This document shows, piece by piece, positions 32,629-43,399 of a DNA stretch of 64,000 nt. The position numbers were made by a program, and so were the translations under genes. This stretch comes from Corallochytrium limacisporum Hawaii (Eukaryota > Protista > Pluriformea), in contig PDIP01000019.1 in assembly GCA_002811645.1 (NCBI GenBank), positions 169,281 to 233,280 on the forward strand, read 5' to 3'. Below the pieces are notes generated by a model. The model made no database searches. It was given only the letters and a program-made list of their open reading frames with translations, and was not told where the DNA came from. The stretch's first letter is position 1; every line of letters starts with the position of its first letter.

Positions 32629-34638
32629 CTAGTTTTTGTCATTTCCATTGGCGTCGATCCCCATCAAGGACCGCCATATAACGAGAGCAGTGCGATCAAT
32701 TGCCTCAAAACTGACGCTCGGCAGCGCGGCCTGGATCTTTGCCATCGTTGCAATGTCCCTAGTACCGGACACAAGCGTAACGACTTTGGGTGAGATGAGG
32801 CCCTCGGTCTCCTGCAGCTGCTGTAGCTCCCCCGGGTAACTTTGCGCGTTATCCAGGCTGGTCTGGGCCTGAGTGGCCACATCTCCGACTAGTGTTATGG
32901 CCTCCAGTTCCTGCTTGATCTGCTGATTCGCAACCCCCTTGGCCCTAACTGCGCGACCGGCACGGTGAACATAGTGCTCTAGATCTTTGGGCACGTCTGC
33001 GTTGAAGACGTGGGTGATGCCATCGAGGTCGGTGCCAAAGCAATAGCTGTCTGGCAGGATCAGGTGCCGGATTTTGTTCTTTTGGAATTGACCCAGCGTC
33101 TTCAGCCGTTCTGACGGATGGGTGTGAAGGCCAGAGATCATTCCCAACGACCGTCCCATGCTCGGCATTAGTTCACAGAGCGCCGTGTACAGAGCGATGG
33201 CTTCCTCGTTCTTTGAAACAAAGATCACGCTCTTGCGCGGTCGCTCAGCTTCGAAAGTGTGCAGAAGTGGTAGAAGATTTGGAACGTTTTTGAGCCAATC
33301 GATGTGGGCATCGTCGAGCCTCTCCTGCAGCACCGCCTTCGCGTGCTCATCAGGGGCCATCTCCGGGGTGATGCAATCAAGCGGTGTCAGTCGATTGCCC
33401 CCGGTTGTTAAAGACAGAGGCAACCGGGTTTTCCGGTACGCCGACGCGTACTCCACTACGGAGTGCTGCAGACAGTCTGGCAGAAATGCATCCCCGTCCG
33501 GCCCGAAGAGCTGTTGGACCTCCGAAAACTCTTCGTTAAGGAGCTGCTCCGTCGCCTTACTCATTGTTGCGGAGGCGAAAATGATCTGAGGAGGCTTGGG
33601 ATTGCGCTTGGCCGGACGCTCAATCTGTGAACCACCACTCAGGCACCAACGAATCAGCCGTGTCAGCTGCCTCCGCCCTTGCAATGAGTCCATCATGGCA
33701 TCCGGCTCGTCAATGATAACAGCATGAAGAGTTCGTGGATCAACGGGGCCATCCGTAAGTTTCTGTTCCGCCAAAAGAGGCCATTCAATCAAAGTGTCTG
33801 CCATGCCCACAGTCGTGACAATGACTGTCGGCGGCAAATCAGCCAACTGCTGGCCATAATTGCGAAACTTAGGCTTGAGTAGGTTCTGCCACAATCGCAA
33901 GGTGGATATTTCACGCCCGGCCTTCTTTGCCTTCTTCGAACCGATGTTGGACAATTGCAGCCACGTCTTGTCCATTTGGTAAGTGAGTTGCATATTTGCA
34001 CAGATATGCAAAATGCGCACGCCTGAACCTTTGAGATCAAGGCCGTGCTGTGCGAGGCGTTGATGCAATGGCAGTGCATAGGCCAGGGTCTTACCACTAC
34101 CAGTCGGTGCACGAATGTAGCAATGGGTCTGTTGGTTGCGTAGCAGCCAGGGAATCACTGCAATCTGGATGCCAGTTGGTTTCACCCAGCCCAATCGTTT
34201 GCGTAACGTGGTGTAGTAAGGGTTAGGTAGCCGAACTTCGCCCCAGGCTCTGGCTGCACCCTGGTCAAGAGCTACCTCCTCGTCAGTGTGAGGTATGTGC
34301 TCTCGAATGGCCAGGGTGTCACGTATGTAGTCAGAGCGAATGCGTTCAAAGGATCGTATACTGTCTCGTAGGTCATCGTCGGAATAGTAACCGTTCACAT
34401 CCTCGTCGTATGACCCTTCTTTGTCATCCACAGGCCCGTCGATAGCCCCTGAGAGTCCTTCTTTTTGCACACGCCGCCGGAACTGATCATTAATCTTGCG
34501 GTACTTCTTGTTCCAGCGTGCCCGTTCTGTATTCACGCCTGGTTTTCCCACAAGCATTCTACGGGTACGTACCTGTTGCAACACCGGGTTGCGGATGCCA
34601 TTGCTACCAGTTGGCAGTCTCAGTGCCAAGCGTAGCAT
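32629..34638 (-). CDS. Divergent DEAD-box helicase-like protein, probably mitochondrial
   Basis: Q motif (PTGIQ), APTGSGKT, DEPD, SAT, VIFV, HRAGRAVR. Arg-rich, acid-free N-terminus (MLRLALRLP...VRTRR). Confidence 0.85.
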   Translation of the reverse strand: MLRLALRLPTGSNGIRNPVLQQVRTRRMLVGKPGVNTERARWNKKYRKINDQFRRRVQKEGLSGAIDGPVDDKEGSYDEDVNGYYSDDDLRDSIRSFERIRSDYIRDTLAIREHIPHTDEEVALDQGAARAWGEVRLPNPYYTTLRKRLGWVKPTGIQIAVIPWLLRNQQTHCYIRAPTGSGKTLAYALPLHQRLAQHGLDLKGSGVRILHICANMQLTYQMDKTWLQLSNIGSKKAKKAGREISTLRLWQNLLKPKFRNYGQQLADLPPTVIVTTVGMADTLIEWPLLAEQKLTDGPVDPRTLHAVIIDEPDAMMDSLQGRRQLTRLIRWCLSGGSQIERPAKRNPKPPQIIFASATMSKATEQLLNEEFSEVQQLFGPDGDAFLPDCLQHSVVEYASAYRKTRLPLSLTTGGNRLTPLDCITPEMAPDEHAKAVLQERLDDAHIDWLKNVPNLLPLLHTFEAERPRKSVIFVSKNEEAIALYTALCELMPSMGRSLGMISGLHTHPSERLKTLGQFQKNKIRHLILPDSYCFGTDLDGITHVFNADVPKDLEHYVHRAGRAVRAKGVANQQIKQELEAITLVGDVATQAQTSLDNAQSYPGELQQLQETEGLISPKVVTLVSGTRDIATMAKIQAALPSVSFEAIDRTALVIWRSLMGIDANGNDKN

Positions 34639-35338
34639 GGGAAGTATTCTTCGTCCTCGATATTCCTCCCTGGTTGATCTACATTTCTGTTGCTATGGCT
34701 CTCATTCCTACAACAAACGAAACCATATGGACAGCAAATAGAGACATGATACATCCTGGTGCTCTGGTTTGTCCCAACGACATCCGTAACAATATCTGGT
34801 GCATGCCCTGTGGTCCAAGTACCCGAACACGAGACCGCGCCGGTCCGCCGCCGAAAATCAGCCGTGCGGGTCTCATACCCCACCTCAACGCATGCGTGTT
34901 GGTAGGCCCGCCCCAACCCTCCCCGCCTTCGAGAGGATTTAGAGCTAAAAGTATATGATATTCCCGCATGAACACGCAGAGTATTAATGAACTGAGTACA
35001 ACCGGATAACTGGTGTATTGAATGGTAACCTGGGATCGATGGAGGAAGGGCGGGTCTTGTCTCCCGATCTGACGTGTTTTGTCAAACTACCGTAGCCGTC
35101 CTTGTGTTTGGTTCCTTTTTGGAACCCCTGTTATTAAGAGAGGTACGTAGTGATGAAGACTATTGTACAGTGCGCATCGCCACCAGATGACTTTTGAGGT
35201 GTTGGATCAAGAGAAAGCTTTACGTTCATGGAAGGACGGATGCATACAAACAAGGAGGGACAGTAGGCATCCCAAGGAGAGGAAACCATAGAAAGGGTTG
35301 TAGGCGTGGCGCATTGAAGGCCACCCATACACACGCGA

Positions 35339-36253
35339 ATGGGTACCATGCTCCAGTCATTCTTGAGGATGAGCCGTTTGGTGGCATGCAAATCCAGTGC
35401 CGTTTCCTGTTCCGTACCGAAACCGCAGCGATCGTCATGGCTGATCCCAGCGCTTGTGAACGCTGCTTACCACAGGCGGCTGATGCACTCAAACCACGGC
35501 GAACCAGTCGAAGGTGAGCTAGTCCGGCGTCGCGTTGAGCGTGAGCGGTCGCGACCAAACCGAGCTCCGGTTCTGACCGACCGGTCACCGGTCGCACCGC
35601 TGCTCGAAGACCGAGCCCTGGTAGTCCAGCGTTACTTGGAAATGGGCCAACTCGTTTTTGGCTACGAAATGGCCAATCGGTACGCTCTCCAGAGCATCGA
35701 CACAGGCCAGATAATGGGGTTCTTACTGGAGACCTCGTCGGTGTTCCAAGCCATTCAACGTAATTTCTTGAGGCGACACCGCCCGTTCTTGATGTATGTA
35801 ACGGACCCTCGGGGCAATCCATTGCTGCAGATCCGTCGCCCCTGGTACATTTTCGAATCGACTATATATGTCGAGGACTTGATCAGTGGGAAAACCATCG
35901 GCGAAGTGCACATGGACTGGCATCCATTACGGCGTAGATATGATTTGTTCTTGGATAAAGTCCAATTCGGTCGGGTAGATGAACCATTCATGTCCTGGTT
36001 CTCATTTACTGTAATGGACCAGTACGGGGACGCCATCGCAACGGTGGACAAAAACTTCCAGGGCCTCGCCCGCGAGTTCTTCACTGATGCCCACAGATAC
36101 ATTGCGCGCTTAGGCGATGATTCAAACTACAGCCTCGCGTCCGCGAGTGGACGGTCGGGCCAGAACAAGGAGGTCCTCACCTACGATGAACGCGCGGTTG
36201 TGCTTGCCCTGGCCGTGACAGTGGACTTTGACTACTTTAGCCGGCACAGTTAG
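35339..36253 (+). CDS. Phospholipid scramblase family, AIM25-like (mitochondrial)
   Basis: LVVQRYLEMGQLVFGYEMANRY, RNFLRRHRPF, WHPLRRRYDLF, GLAREFFTDA, ERAVVLALAVTVDFDYFSRHS; presequence-like N-terminus. Confidence 0.88.
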   Translation: MGTMLQSFLRMSRLVACKSSAVSCSVPKPQRSSWLIPALVNAAYHRRLMHSNHGEPVEGELVRRRVERERSRPNRAPVLTDRSPVAPLLEDRALVVQRYLEMGQLVFGYEMANRYALQSIDTGQIMGFLLETSSVFQAIQRNFLRRHRPFLMYVTDPRGNPLLQIRRPWYIFESTIYVEDLISGKTIGEVHMDWHPLRRRYDLFLDKVQFGRVDEPFMSWFSFTVMDQYGDAIATVDKNFQGLAREFFTDAHRYIARLGDDSNYSLASASGRSGQNKEVLTYDERAVVLALAVTVDFDYFSRHS

Positions 36254-36702
36254 GGACGGAAGAGGGAAATCCGCCCGACCGCCCCGCGGGCCTCCCGGCC
36301 CGAACCCACCCCCCCCGGGGGGTGAGGTCGGGCCCACCGGGGTTTAGGAAGTAAGGAAAAGGGGGGGGCTAGTCGGGGTTGCCCCGGGCCCGGGTGAACG
36401 GACAGGCGGGGTGGGCGTCGGAACAGGGCAACACAGAGCTCATGGGTGTTGCGCAGCTTTGTCTCCTCCTTTCTCTATAATCTTGTTCTCTTCTGAGCTT
36501 TCGCTCAAGTCTGAAATCCATATACTCAAATAGATCACCTGTATATGACGTGACGCATACATTGTGCTGCATGAAACCATATTTAAAGCATGCCATGTTT
36601 TTTCAGGTTAGAACATATGACGTGTCGCAAGTGATACTTTGGTTGTGGGCAGAACCGGCTGCCAGAAAAGACATTGAAAACATGTAGGGGTGGAACAAAA
36701 AT

Positions 36703-39249
36703 ATGAAAATTGAATCCTTCGGCCTTTGGGCAACACTGCTGGCAGCAATACTGCTGTCTATGGTCACGCAGGGCCAGGCAGGCCAGGAAGGCTCCAATGA
36801 ACAAATTACTTTTCACGAGTGGCGGCAACACAATCTCGAAGAGTGGCCAACGGAATCCGCAGGCGGATATCCAGACACGGGTAGCAGTAGTCAGGAAAAA
36901 TCAAGCACCGGCCAAAATGTTTTCAGTGGAGACTTGTACAGTCTGCGCAAACTGCATACTCTACGACAAGTAAATCGGGATTGCAAATCTCGCAAGGCTG
37001 AGGTGAACCATGCATCCTCAGACTGTGGTGCGTACGTACTACGAGCGTCTTCGGGAACGCGCACGGCATCTGGTGTATTGGATCCTCATCCAGACACGTA
37101 TATGAACTCACCATGCGGTGAACGTGGAGAGAAACGGTGGGTAGTTATTGAATTGTGCGAACAGATTCTTGTCAACTATGTTGAAATTGCGAATCTAGAG
37201 TTCTTTAGTTCGATGTTCCAGGAGGTTGCTGTCTTTGCTACTAAAGATGCGGCGGAACAACAGTGGATTGAACTTGGGCGATATCATGCGGATAATGTTC
37301 GCAAATCTCAGACCTTCTACATTGAGGATCCACAGTTTCCCACCCACCAGTTAAGAATTGAATTCATCGGCAAGTACGGCCACGAGTACTACTGTCCCGT
37401 AAGCCAAATCAAGGTCACCGGAACAACCTTTTTGGAGGAGATCCAATTTGAGGCTGGAGGAGCGGACGACTTCCTGGAAGACTGTATTGAGGACACGGCG
37501 GATGATGAGGTGGACTACATGCTCTCACCACCAGTTGGCAGTGGACTGACTGACGCACCACTAGCAGATCTCTACGAATGGTATGAGCTTGCGGTAGTGC
37601 ATTTGAACGACATTCTGCGCCGTGGCCAGCAATCGCTTGAGGACGATGTTGACTATTCTAAAGCTGTGCAGGAGTATCTAGAGCAGCTGCCGGGACGGCT
37701 CAAGGAGGCGGGTACGGGGCTCATTGGGCAGGCTGTTGCGTTTTGGAGACGGCTGGGCCTCAGTCGCATTCAGGGAGAAGGCTTCTCGTCTCAATCGACG
37801 CGAGACGCCTGGGCTGAGTTTTTTCAACGATCTCCGCCAAATGTTCCAGATCTTACACAGCTGTCAGCTTCCGCGAGCAACCTGCCGGTTCTAGAGCTGG
37901 ATCGAGCTCAACTCTTGGCCAAATGGGCCGGTTCCAACGTCACCGAACGGATCGATAGACATCTCCCGGTGAAGCCACTGGCCCTCGAAATCCCTCAAGC
38001 ATTGGTGAAGCCGTCACCGGACGGCGGTGCTGCCGGAAGCAAAAGTGATGAGAAGGTCCCCGTGCAGGCTGGCCCAGAGGGACAAGTCCCCGGGCCCGAG
38101 TCGTCTGACCCAAACCGCACAGGTGCTGAAGGCTCTGCCACGGCAGATAATCTCACAGGGACACCAACTGACTCTGAAGGTATTGGCACATCCCATTCCA
38201 ACGGGGAACCAAATGGCGTCAGCGATAGTTCAGCCCCCGCATATTCTAGCAGTCAGCGAACTGACCTGAGGGGAGAGCCACAGGAAGGCACCGGGGAACC
38301 TTCGACTGGAGCGCCATCAGGAGCTTCTCCGTCATCTGCTTCACCGATAAAACCTGTGGACGGCCGACGCACTCGGACTCCACCACCAATAGTGCCACAG
38401 CTGCAGGAAAATTCGAACAAACAGGAACAGCAGAACATCATGGGTATGAAGGAGAACGTATACATTCTGTCGCAAATGAGCGAAATCAGAGCGCAGTACC
38501 AACTACTGCAGTCCTTTGTTGAGGGCATGTCTGGCGAAATGAGCAGCAAGAAGGATGCCATGGACGATGCCATCGATGAATCACTCCGCCGTGTCTACGG
38601 TGATATGCATCGCATGAACATGATGATGGAGTCCATTGCTACCCACGCGACCGAATCCAGACAGCTGGATTGGGAATTACTAGCTACAGCCGGGGGAGTC
38701 CTTGTGATTTGGTCAGTGCTTCTTCTACTCGGTGGATTCTACATTGCCATGTACACTGTTAATTCAAATGCATCAGCCCCGTATGCAGCACCTAAAACAA
38801 TGAACAAGACCACCTCCCCCGACAAAAGCCCATCCGACACGTATGTTAAGCATTCATTGAAGTCCATAGGGACCGCGACTTCACAGAACTCCTCTCCGCG
38901 TGTGGACGACCGAGACAGTTGTACTTGGAGCGATACTGGCGACACACCCCGTAGCCAAACCAGTGCCGAAGGGGAAGCTCCCTGGGATGTCAAGTCGGAA
39001 GGCGAGGCTGGCCGAAGACAGCAGCAGCAACAGGCGCACAACAGTTCACTACTTGACGCGTCCACCGTGAGCAGTCCCGCGGAGGTTATGCAAAGAGGAT
39101 CAGGCGATGGTAGGCACAAGTCACTCAGTCCGGTTGCTGTATTCAAGCGTCATTTAATCAATGGTCAGCACCGTCGCAGCCACGACGGTACAGTGCATGG
39201 AAAGCAACAGCCAAGCAGTGCTCCAGTCGTGGTGAAGAAGGAGGAATGA
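36703..39249 (+). CDS. Mid-SUN domain ER membrane protein (SUCO/SLP1 family)
   Basis: Signal peptide; SUN domain (NHASSDCGA, YMNSPC, WVVIELCE, IANLEFFSS, YGHEYYCPVS); low-complexity linker; coiled coil; TM (GGVLVIWSVLLLLGGFYIAM). Confidence 0.88.
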   Translation: MKIESFGLWATLLAAILLSMVTQGQAGQEGSNEQITFHEWRQHNLEEWPTESAGGYPDTGSSSQEKSSTGQNVFSGDLYSLRKLHTLRQVNRDCKSRKAEVNHASSDCGAYVLRASSGTRTASGVLDPHPDTYMNSPCGERGEKRWVVIELCEQILVNYVEIANLEFFSSMFQEVAVFATKDAAEQQWIELGRYHADNVRKSQTFYIEDPQFPTHQLRIEFIGKYGHEYYCPVSQIKVTGTTFLEEIQFEAGGADDFLEDCIEDTADDEVDYMLSPPVGSGLTDAPLADLYEWYELAVVHLNDILRRGQQSLEDDVDYSKAVQEYLEQLPGRLKEAGTGLIGQAVAFWRRLGLSRIQGEGFSSQSTRDAWAEFFQRSPPNVPDLTQLSASASNLPVLELDRAQLLAKWAGSNVTERIDRHLPVKPLALEIPQALVKPSPDGGAAGSKSDEKVPVQAGPEGQVPGPESSDPNRTGAEGSATADNLTGTPTDSEGIGTSHSNGEPNGVSDSSAPAYSSSQRTDLRGEPQEGTGEPSTGAPSGASPSSASPIKPVDGRRTRTPPPIVPQLQENSNKQEQQNIMGMKENVYILSQMSEIRAQYQLLQSFVEGMSGEMSSKKDAMDDAIDESLRRVYGDMHRMNMMMESIATHATESRQLDWELLATAGGVLVIWSVLLLLGGFYIAMYTVNSNASAPYAAPKTMNKTTSPDKSPSDTYVKHSLKSIGTATSQNSSPRVDDRDSCTWSDTGDTPRSQTSAEGEAPWDVKSEGEAGRRQQQQQAHNSSLLDASTVSSPAEVMQRGSGDGRHKSLSPVAVFKRHLINGQHRRSHDGTVHGKQQPSSAPVVVKKEE

Positions 39250-39406
39250 AAACTCCATATGGTTCGGTAGCTTGACAGTGATGTCCCATCCGAGAGTGTA
39301 GATGCAGAATATGACCTTAACGATCAGTGGTATTGTTTTGTTTAGGCATTTGATATTATCACAAATTTATGAACAATATTAAGACTACAATTGCAAAAGG
39401 ATACCC

Positions 39407-40306
39407 TCACTCAAACTTTTGTTTGAATTCGTCGGATCCATCGACACCACCCAGAGTTGGGGTTGATGCATATGGACTGATCTCCCACGGCCGCAGACTG
39501 CCATTCGCTCCTGTACCACCGGCGGCAGCTGCTGCATGGCCCCGGGTTGACGGTGGTGCTGTGTGGTGATGGTAAGCGAGGCCTGCTGCCTCTGTGTCGA
39601 TGATCGGCATTGACCGACGTTTGCCCTTCAAATCGCTACGTAACCGATCTGCTGTCTTGCGTGCGAATTCTGCTGTCTGACGGTCAAAGGGTAGCAATGA
39701 TTCCGATGATCTCAGGCCATCGAAGCCCTGGGTGTGCCCATGTATGGCTGCCACTGTGTGGGTAACGCTGTCCCGTGATGCCGGTGCTGGTGGAAAGGTC
39801 CCCCCATAATACCTATGCAGATCCAGCTGCTTGCCACCTTTGCTTGGAAAGTGTTTTTGATCACCATTGATGCCGTCACTATGCGCATGAGCAAGTCGTA
39901 AACGTGGAGTGCTGTTGTGTGCGGAACTGCGGCGACTGCTTGAGGCAGACGAGGTCGGTGTAGTACCCGTTGACGACAGCCGGCCTTTTTCGTTTGTTTT
40001 GATCCGCGTCCTTTTGGGACGGCGCTGGAAGGCTACACGTACCTGTTGTGTAACTAGGCGTAGGGACTCTGACACTGTCTCGCTTCGAACGACACTAAAA
40101 AGGAATAGAAAGTTTAGCAAGAAGACACCGATCCCTAGTGCCAATGCCCCCAGAACGAGTCCAGCTGCGGCGAATACCCAGACTGCCTGCCAGATCGCAC
40201 CAGCCACAGCGGCCAAAAATGGGAAAAAGTCAAAGAACCCGACTACGAAGCTACTCGTTTCGTATGTCCGTTCAAAGACCCAATCATACACTGACCGGGG
40301 TTGCAT
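39407..40306 (-). CDS. Hypothetical membrane protein (long N-terminal hydrophobic hairpin, Ser/Arg-rich tail)
   Basis: 299-aa ATG-initiated ORF with a ~50-aa nearly charge-free hydrophobic stretch followed by a disordered tail. No family recognised. Confidence 0.65.
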   Translation of the reverse strand: MQPRSVYDWVFERTYETSSFVVGFFDFFPFLAAVAGAIWQAVWVFAAAGLVLGALALGIGVFLLNFLFLFSVVRSETVSESLRLVTQQVRVAFQRRPKRTRIKTNEKGRLSSTGTTPTSSASSSRRSSAHNSTPRLRLAHAHSDGINGDQKHFPSKGGKQLDLHRYYGGTFPPAPASRDSVTHTVAAIHGHTQGFDGLRSSESLLPFDRQTAEFARKTADRLRSDLKGKRRSMPIIDTEAAGLAYHHHTAPPSTRGHAAAAAGGTGANGSLRPWEISPYASTPTLGGVDGSDEFKQKFE

Positions 40307-41740
40307 GTTTCAGTGTCGCATCCGTGTAAACCATTTTATATCATCTTTGCTACTATAGTGTGTTTCTTCGAGATTTCTAATTCAGTTGTTCGTCCATGCC
40401 CTCATCCTTTGTCGAAATCACTGCATGTTTCTTAACCCGTAGAGTGATTCAGACTTTCTATGTTCTTCTTTATTCTATTCACCGTAGCATCCGCGTCCTA
40501 ACGCCAACTCCACATTCCAACGAGCCGACACGTTGAGTACCTCTGCCATGGACTCACGTACAGCTCTACGCCATACGTGCAAACTACTCCATTGCGACAC
40601 AGAACGTGCAGGTACTCGCCACATTTACCGCACGTGAATGGTCCTACCCATCGAATAACACTGTGTTCATCACAGTCACCGGTATCCCGTGGTCTCGTCG
40701 GACGCATAACGTCCGCCACAGGCTTAAAGCGAAATGTCATCCTATTCCTGTCACTGGCAGCTGCTCATGCGATTGTTGTGTAAAAAGAACATAGCGACAA
40801 AAGCCACACGTACACATCGCAGTAGCTCGGAGACGCGCCCGTATACGCCCCCTAGCGTACACTAAGCAGCGTTGCACATCTCACCGCAAGGTGCAGCTGG
40901 AGCAAGCAGTAATGCAGAGAGCCCTCCAAGCCTCATTGCCTTTTGGCACACACGCGTGAAAGAAACAAACACATTGCCACACGGGGGAGAGCGAATGTTT
41001 CGGGACACGTTTCCCGAGTAGAGTGCATGTTTGGCTGCCTTTCGACCGACTCTCCAATGCCTTTACAATCTTGCTTTGTGCTTGAAACCGCAAGTGCTGC
41101 TCCACCAAGGGGTACCTGGGCCGTGAAGAGCAACAATGATAGAAAATATTTGGCGGCGTGGCCCAGCCAAACATACGCTACATCGCGCACACAGCCAACA
41201 ACGACGGGGAAGTTGTTCCCTGTCGGAGAGTTTGTCTTTTTTCCGGTGTGCGTCGGGCTTGGGAAAACGAGACACAGAGCGAGCGATAAAAGTGAAACAA
41301 AGGCGATAGCCCGTTTGGAGAGGGAGCTGCCCTACACGAAAACTGCCCGTCCACGAGTGCCCCGGCCTCCCCTTCCTTTCGTTTTTTCCCGGTCTCCCCG
41401 CTTCTCTTTCTTTTCTTTTCCTTTTTCTTATTTCCTTCTCCCTTTTCTCGCGTTGGCGTTCAGACGTGGGGAGGGCTTTCTGCTCTCCGGAACTCTGTGA
41501 GACAGAATCAGGCCGTGGAGGGCCTTTTCCCTTTACTCTGCCCCTCCTCCCCCCTCCTTGGCCGGGACCCACCAACTTTTCGCGCGCGGACCAGGACCCC
41601 CCACACGCTTTGCAATGTCTAACCACCACCAGAGTAGTACTTGACCGGTTCGCCCCGTGTTTCACCTTCCCACCCCAAGCAACCCAAGACTTCGGGCACT
41701 CACGCACTCGCATGCAGCAACAGACTCACGGATCACGGAC

Positions 41741-41776
41741 GCACACATACACACACACACACGCACGCACGCACAC
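41741..41776. repeat. (CA)n/(CGCA)n compound microsatellite
   Basis: gcacacatacacacacacacacgcacgcacgcacac read directly. Confidence 0.8.
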
Positions 41777-42494
41777 TGCGCAAGTAGCGCAACGCGAATC
41801 ATCGAGGATGCGAACAGGAGAAAGCCCGACGGCGCGGTGGTGGCTGTTTGATTGGTTTCTACGAACTTTAGATTGAAACTTCAGGCTAGAGCCAGGCGGA
41901 AGGTTGAGTGGCACAGGCGGGTGGTGTGCTCGCCAAAATTGCCTCACTGCCATGTAAGTAATCCGAACACGATTTTCATACATTAAACTACAAAGATCTA
42001 CCACTTTTCTTGGCTACCGATGGCGTGGCACAACAGGTACGGTCCCTTGGGTCACCCGCACCCACCGGAGAAATGGGGCGGAGCGCTGACAAAAAACTGG
42101 ACTCCCTCGTCCGTACACGGTGGACACCACATCAACTGGCCCGCCTGTGTTGTGCCATTTTCGGGTTGGGGGGGGAGCCGGGTTGGAGGCGAGTTTCTTC
42201 TCCCAATCACACAGGGCTGGATTCCTGCGCAACATAAGGTTGGGCCCGGAAGGCTTGCGCGCTCAGTGATTGTGTAGATGCGGAGGTGTGGAAACCGAAC
42301 TATTTGCTTGCACACTTTATTCAGAGGTATACGGAGATCAATGCCCATAAATCTTTAGAATTTGTACAGCTAAAATCATGGAGGATCCGCATACAAACAA
42401 ACAAATATACCAGGCAAGGCAAGGCGAACCTGCAGGACAAAGTCAAGTCAGGATGAAGCTGTTGCGGTAAGAATACTTGCCATTTAAAGAAATA

Positions 42495-43193
42495 ATGCTT
42501 AACTCGGGAGCCCCCGGGTTCCATTACGCACCCCTAAGCGAGGCTGTCGTGTATACTGGCACTACACTATCGACACTGCGGTACCTGGCCGGCAATGGGG
42601 TCCTTCCTCGACAATTCAATACAATGGTTCTGCGCACTTTTGACGCGGGTCTGTCAAGATTTGCCTTCCCCAGTGCCGGTGCACTGTGCTTCGGGTGCGT
42701 ACTGCTCTACTATTTCCGTTTGCTGGAGCGTAACTTTTCATCGCGTAAGTTTGCAGTGTATCTTATATTTACGGGCACCGTCAGCACGGCCGTGGATGTG
42801 GCCCTGGACTTTGCCCTATCCTATGCTAAGAACCCCTACATTTCCTTAACTGGTAGCTCCGGAGGTGCTCTCACTGCTCTGATCATGGCAAGTCTAGTCC
42901 AGTTGATTATGACAGTTCCTGCCACTGAGCGAGTAACGTACAGCAATGTTACATTCACGAACAAACAAGTTGTCTGCCTAATGGCTCTGGCGTACATCAC
43001 GGCAGCATGGCCATGCACGCCTTCAGTCGTTGGCGGACTGGTCGGAGGATGGCTCTATGGCATCAATTTGCTTGCTATTCGGGAACTTAGTATGCCTAAA
43101 TCCGTGGCACGTTTTTTCGACTCCACCTTCGGTGCTTTCTTCGGGCAGCCACCACCACCTCCACGGACAATGCGTCGTCCAGGAATGCGCTAG
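42495..43193 (+). CDS. UBAC2/Dsc2-like rhomboid pseudoprotease, no UBA domain
   Basis: MLNSGAPGFHYAPLS N-terminus and LLYYFRLLERNFSSRKFA match the UBAC2 family; several TM segments; ends in a Pro-rich tail. Confidence 0.75.
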   Translation: MLNSGAPGFHYAPLSEAVVYTGTTLSTLRYLAGNGVLPRQFNTMVLRTFDAGLSRFAFPSAGALCFGCVLLYYFRLLERNFSSRKFAVYLIFTGTVSTAVDVALDFALSYAKNPYISLTGSSGGALTALIMASLVQLIMTVPATERVTYSNVTFTNKQVVCLMALAYITAAWPCTPSVVGGLVGGWLYGINLLAIRELSMPKSVARFFDSTFGAFFGQPPPPPRTMRRPGMR

Positions 43194-43399
43194 AAGGCAG
43201 ACGTTACCGCATCATGCACATCTTCAAGACACACGTACTCCATAAAGGCTTTCACGTCCATTTATATCGTCGTTCCATACAGGTTCATTAACTCGCACCT
43301 AAGGCCCGCCGTGCACTTATCGCTGGTCCGTATCGACAAATTGGCATCAACAGGTCAGGTATGCTAGTGCGTATGATGGTACGGAATCTATTTACACCT

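Noticed and set aside
40933-42348. ORFs of 100-216 aa in the intergenic region before UBAC2-like
   Set aside because: Derived from pyrimidine tracts and CA repeats, mostly with non-ATG starts and no protein-like composition.
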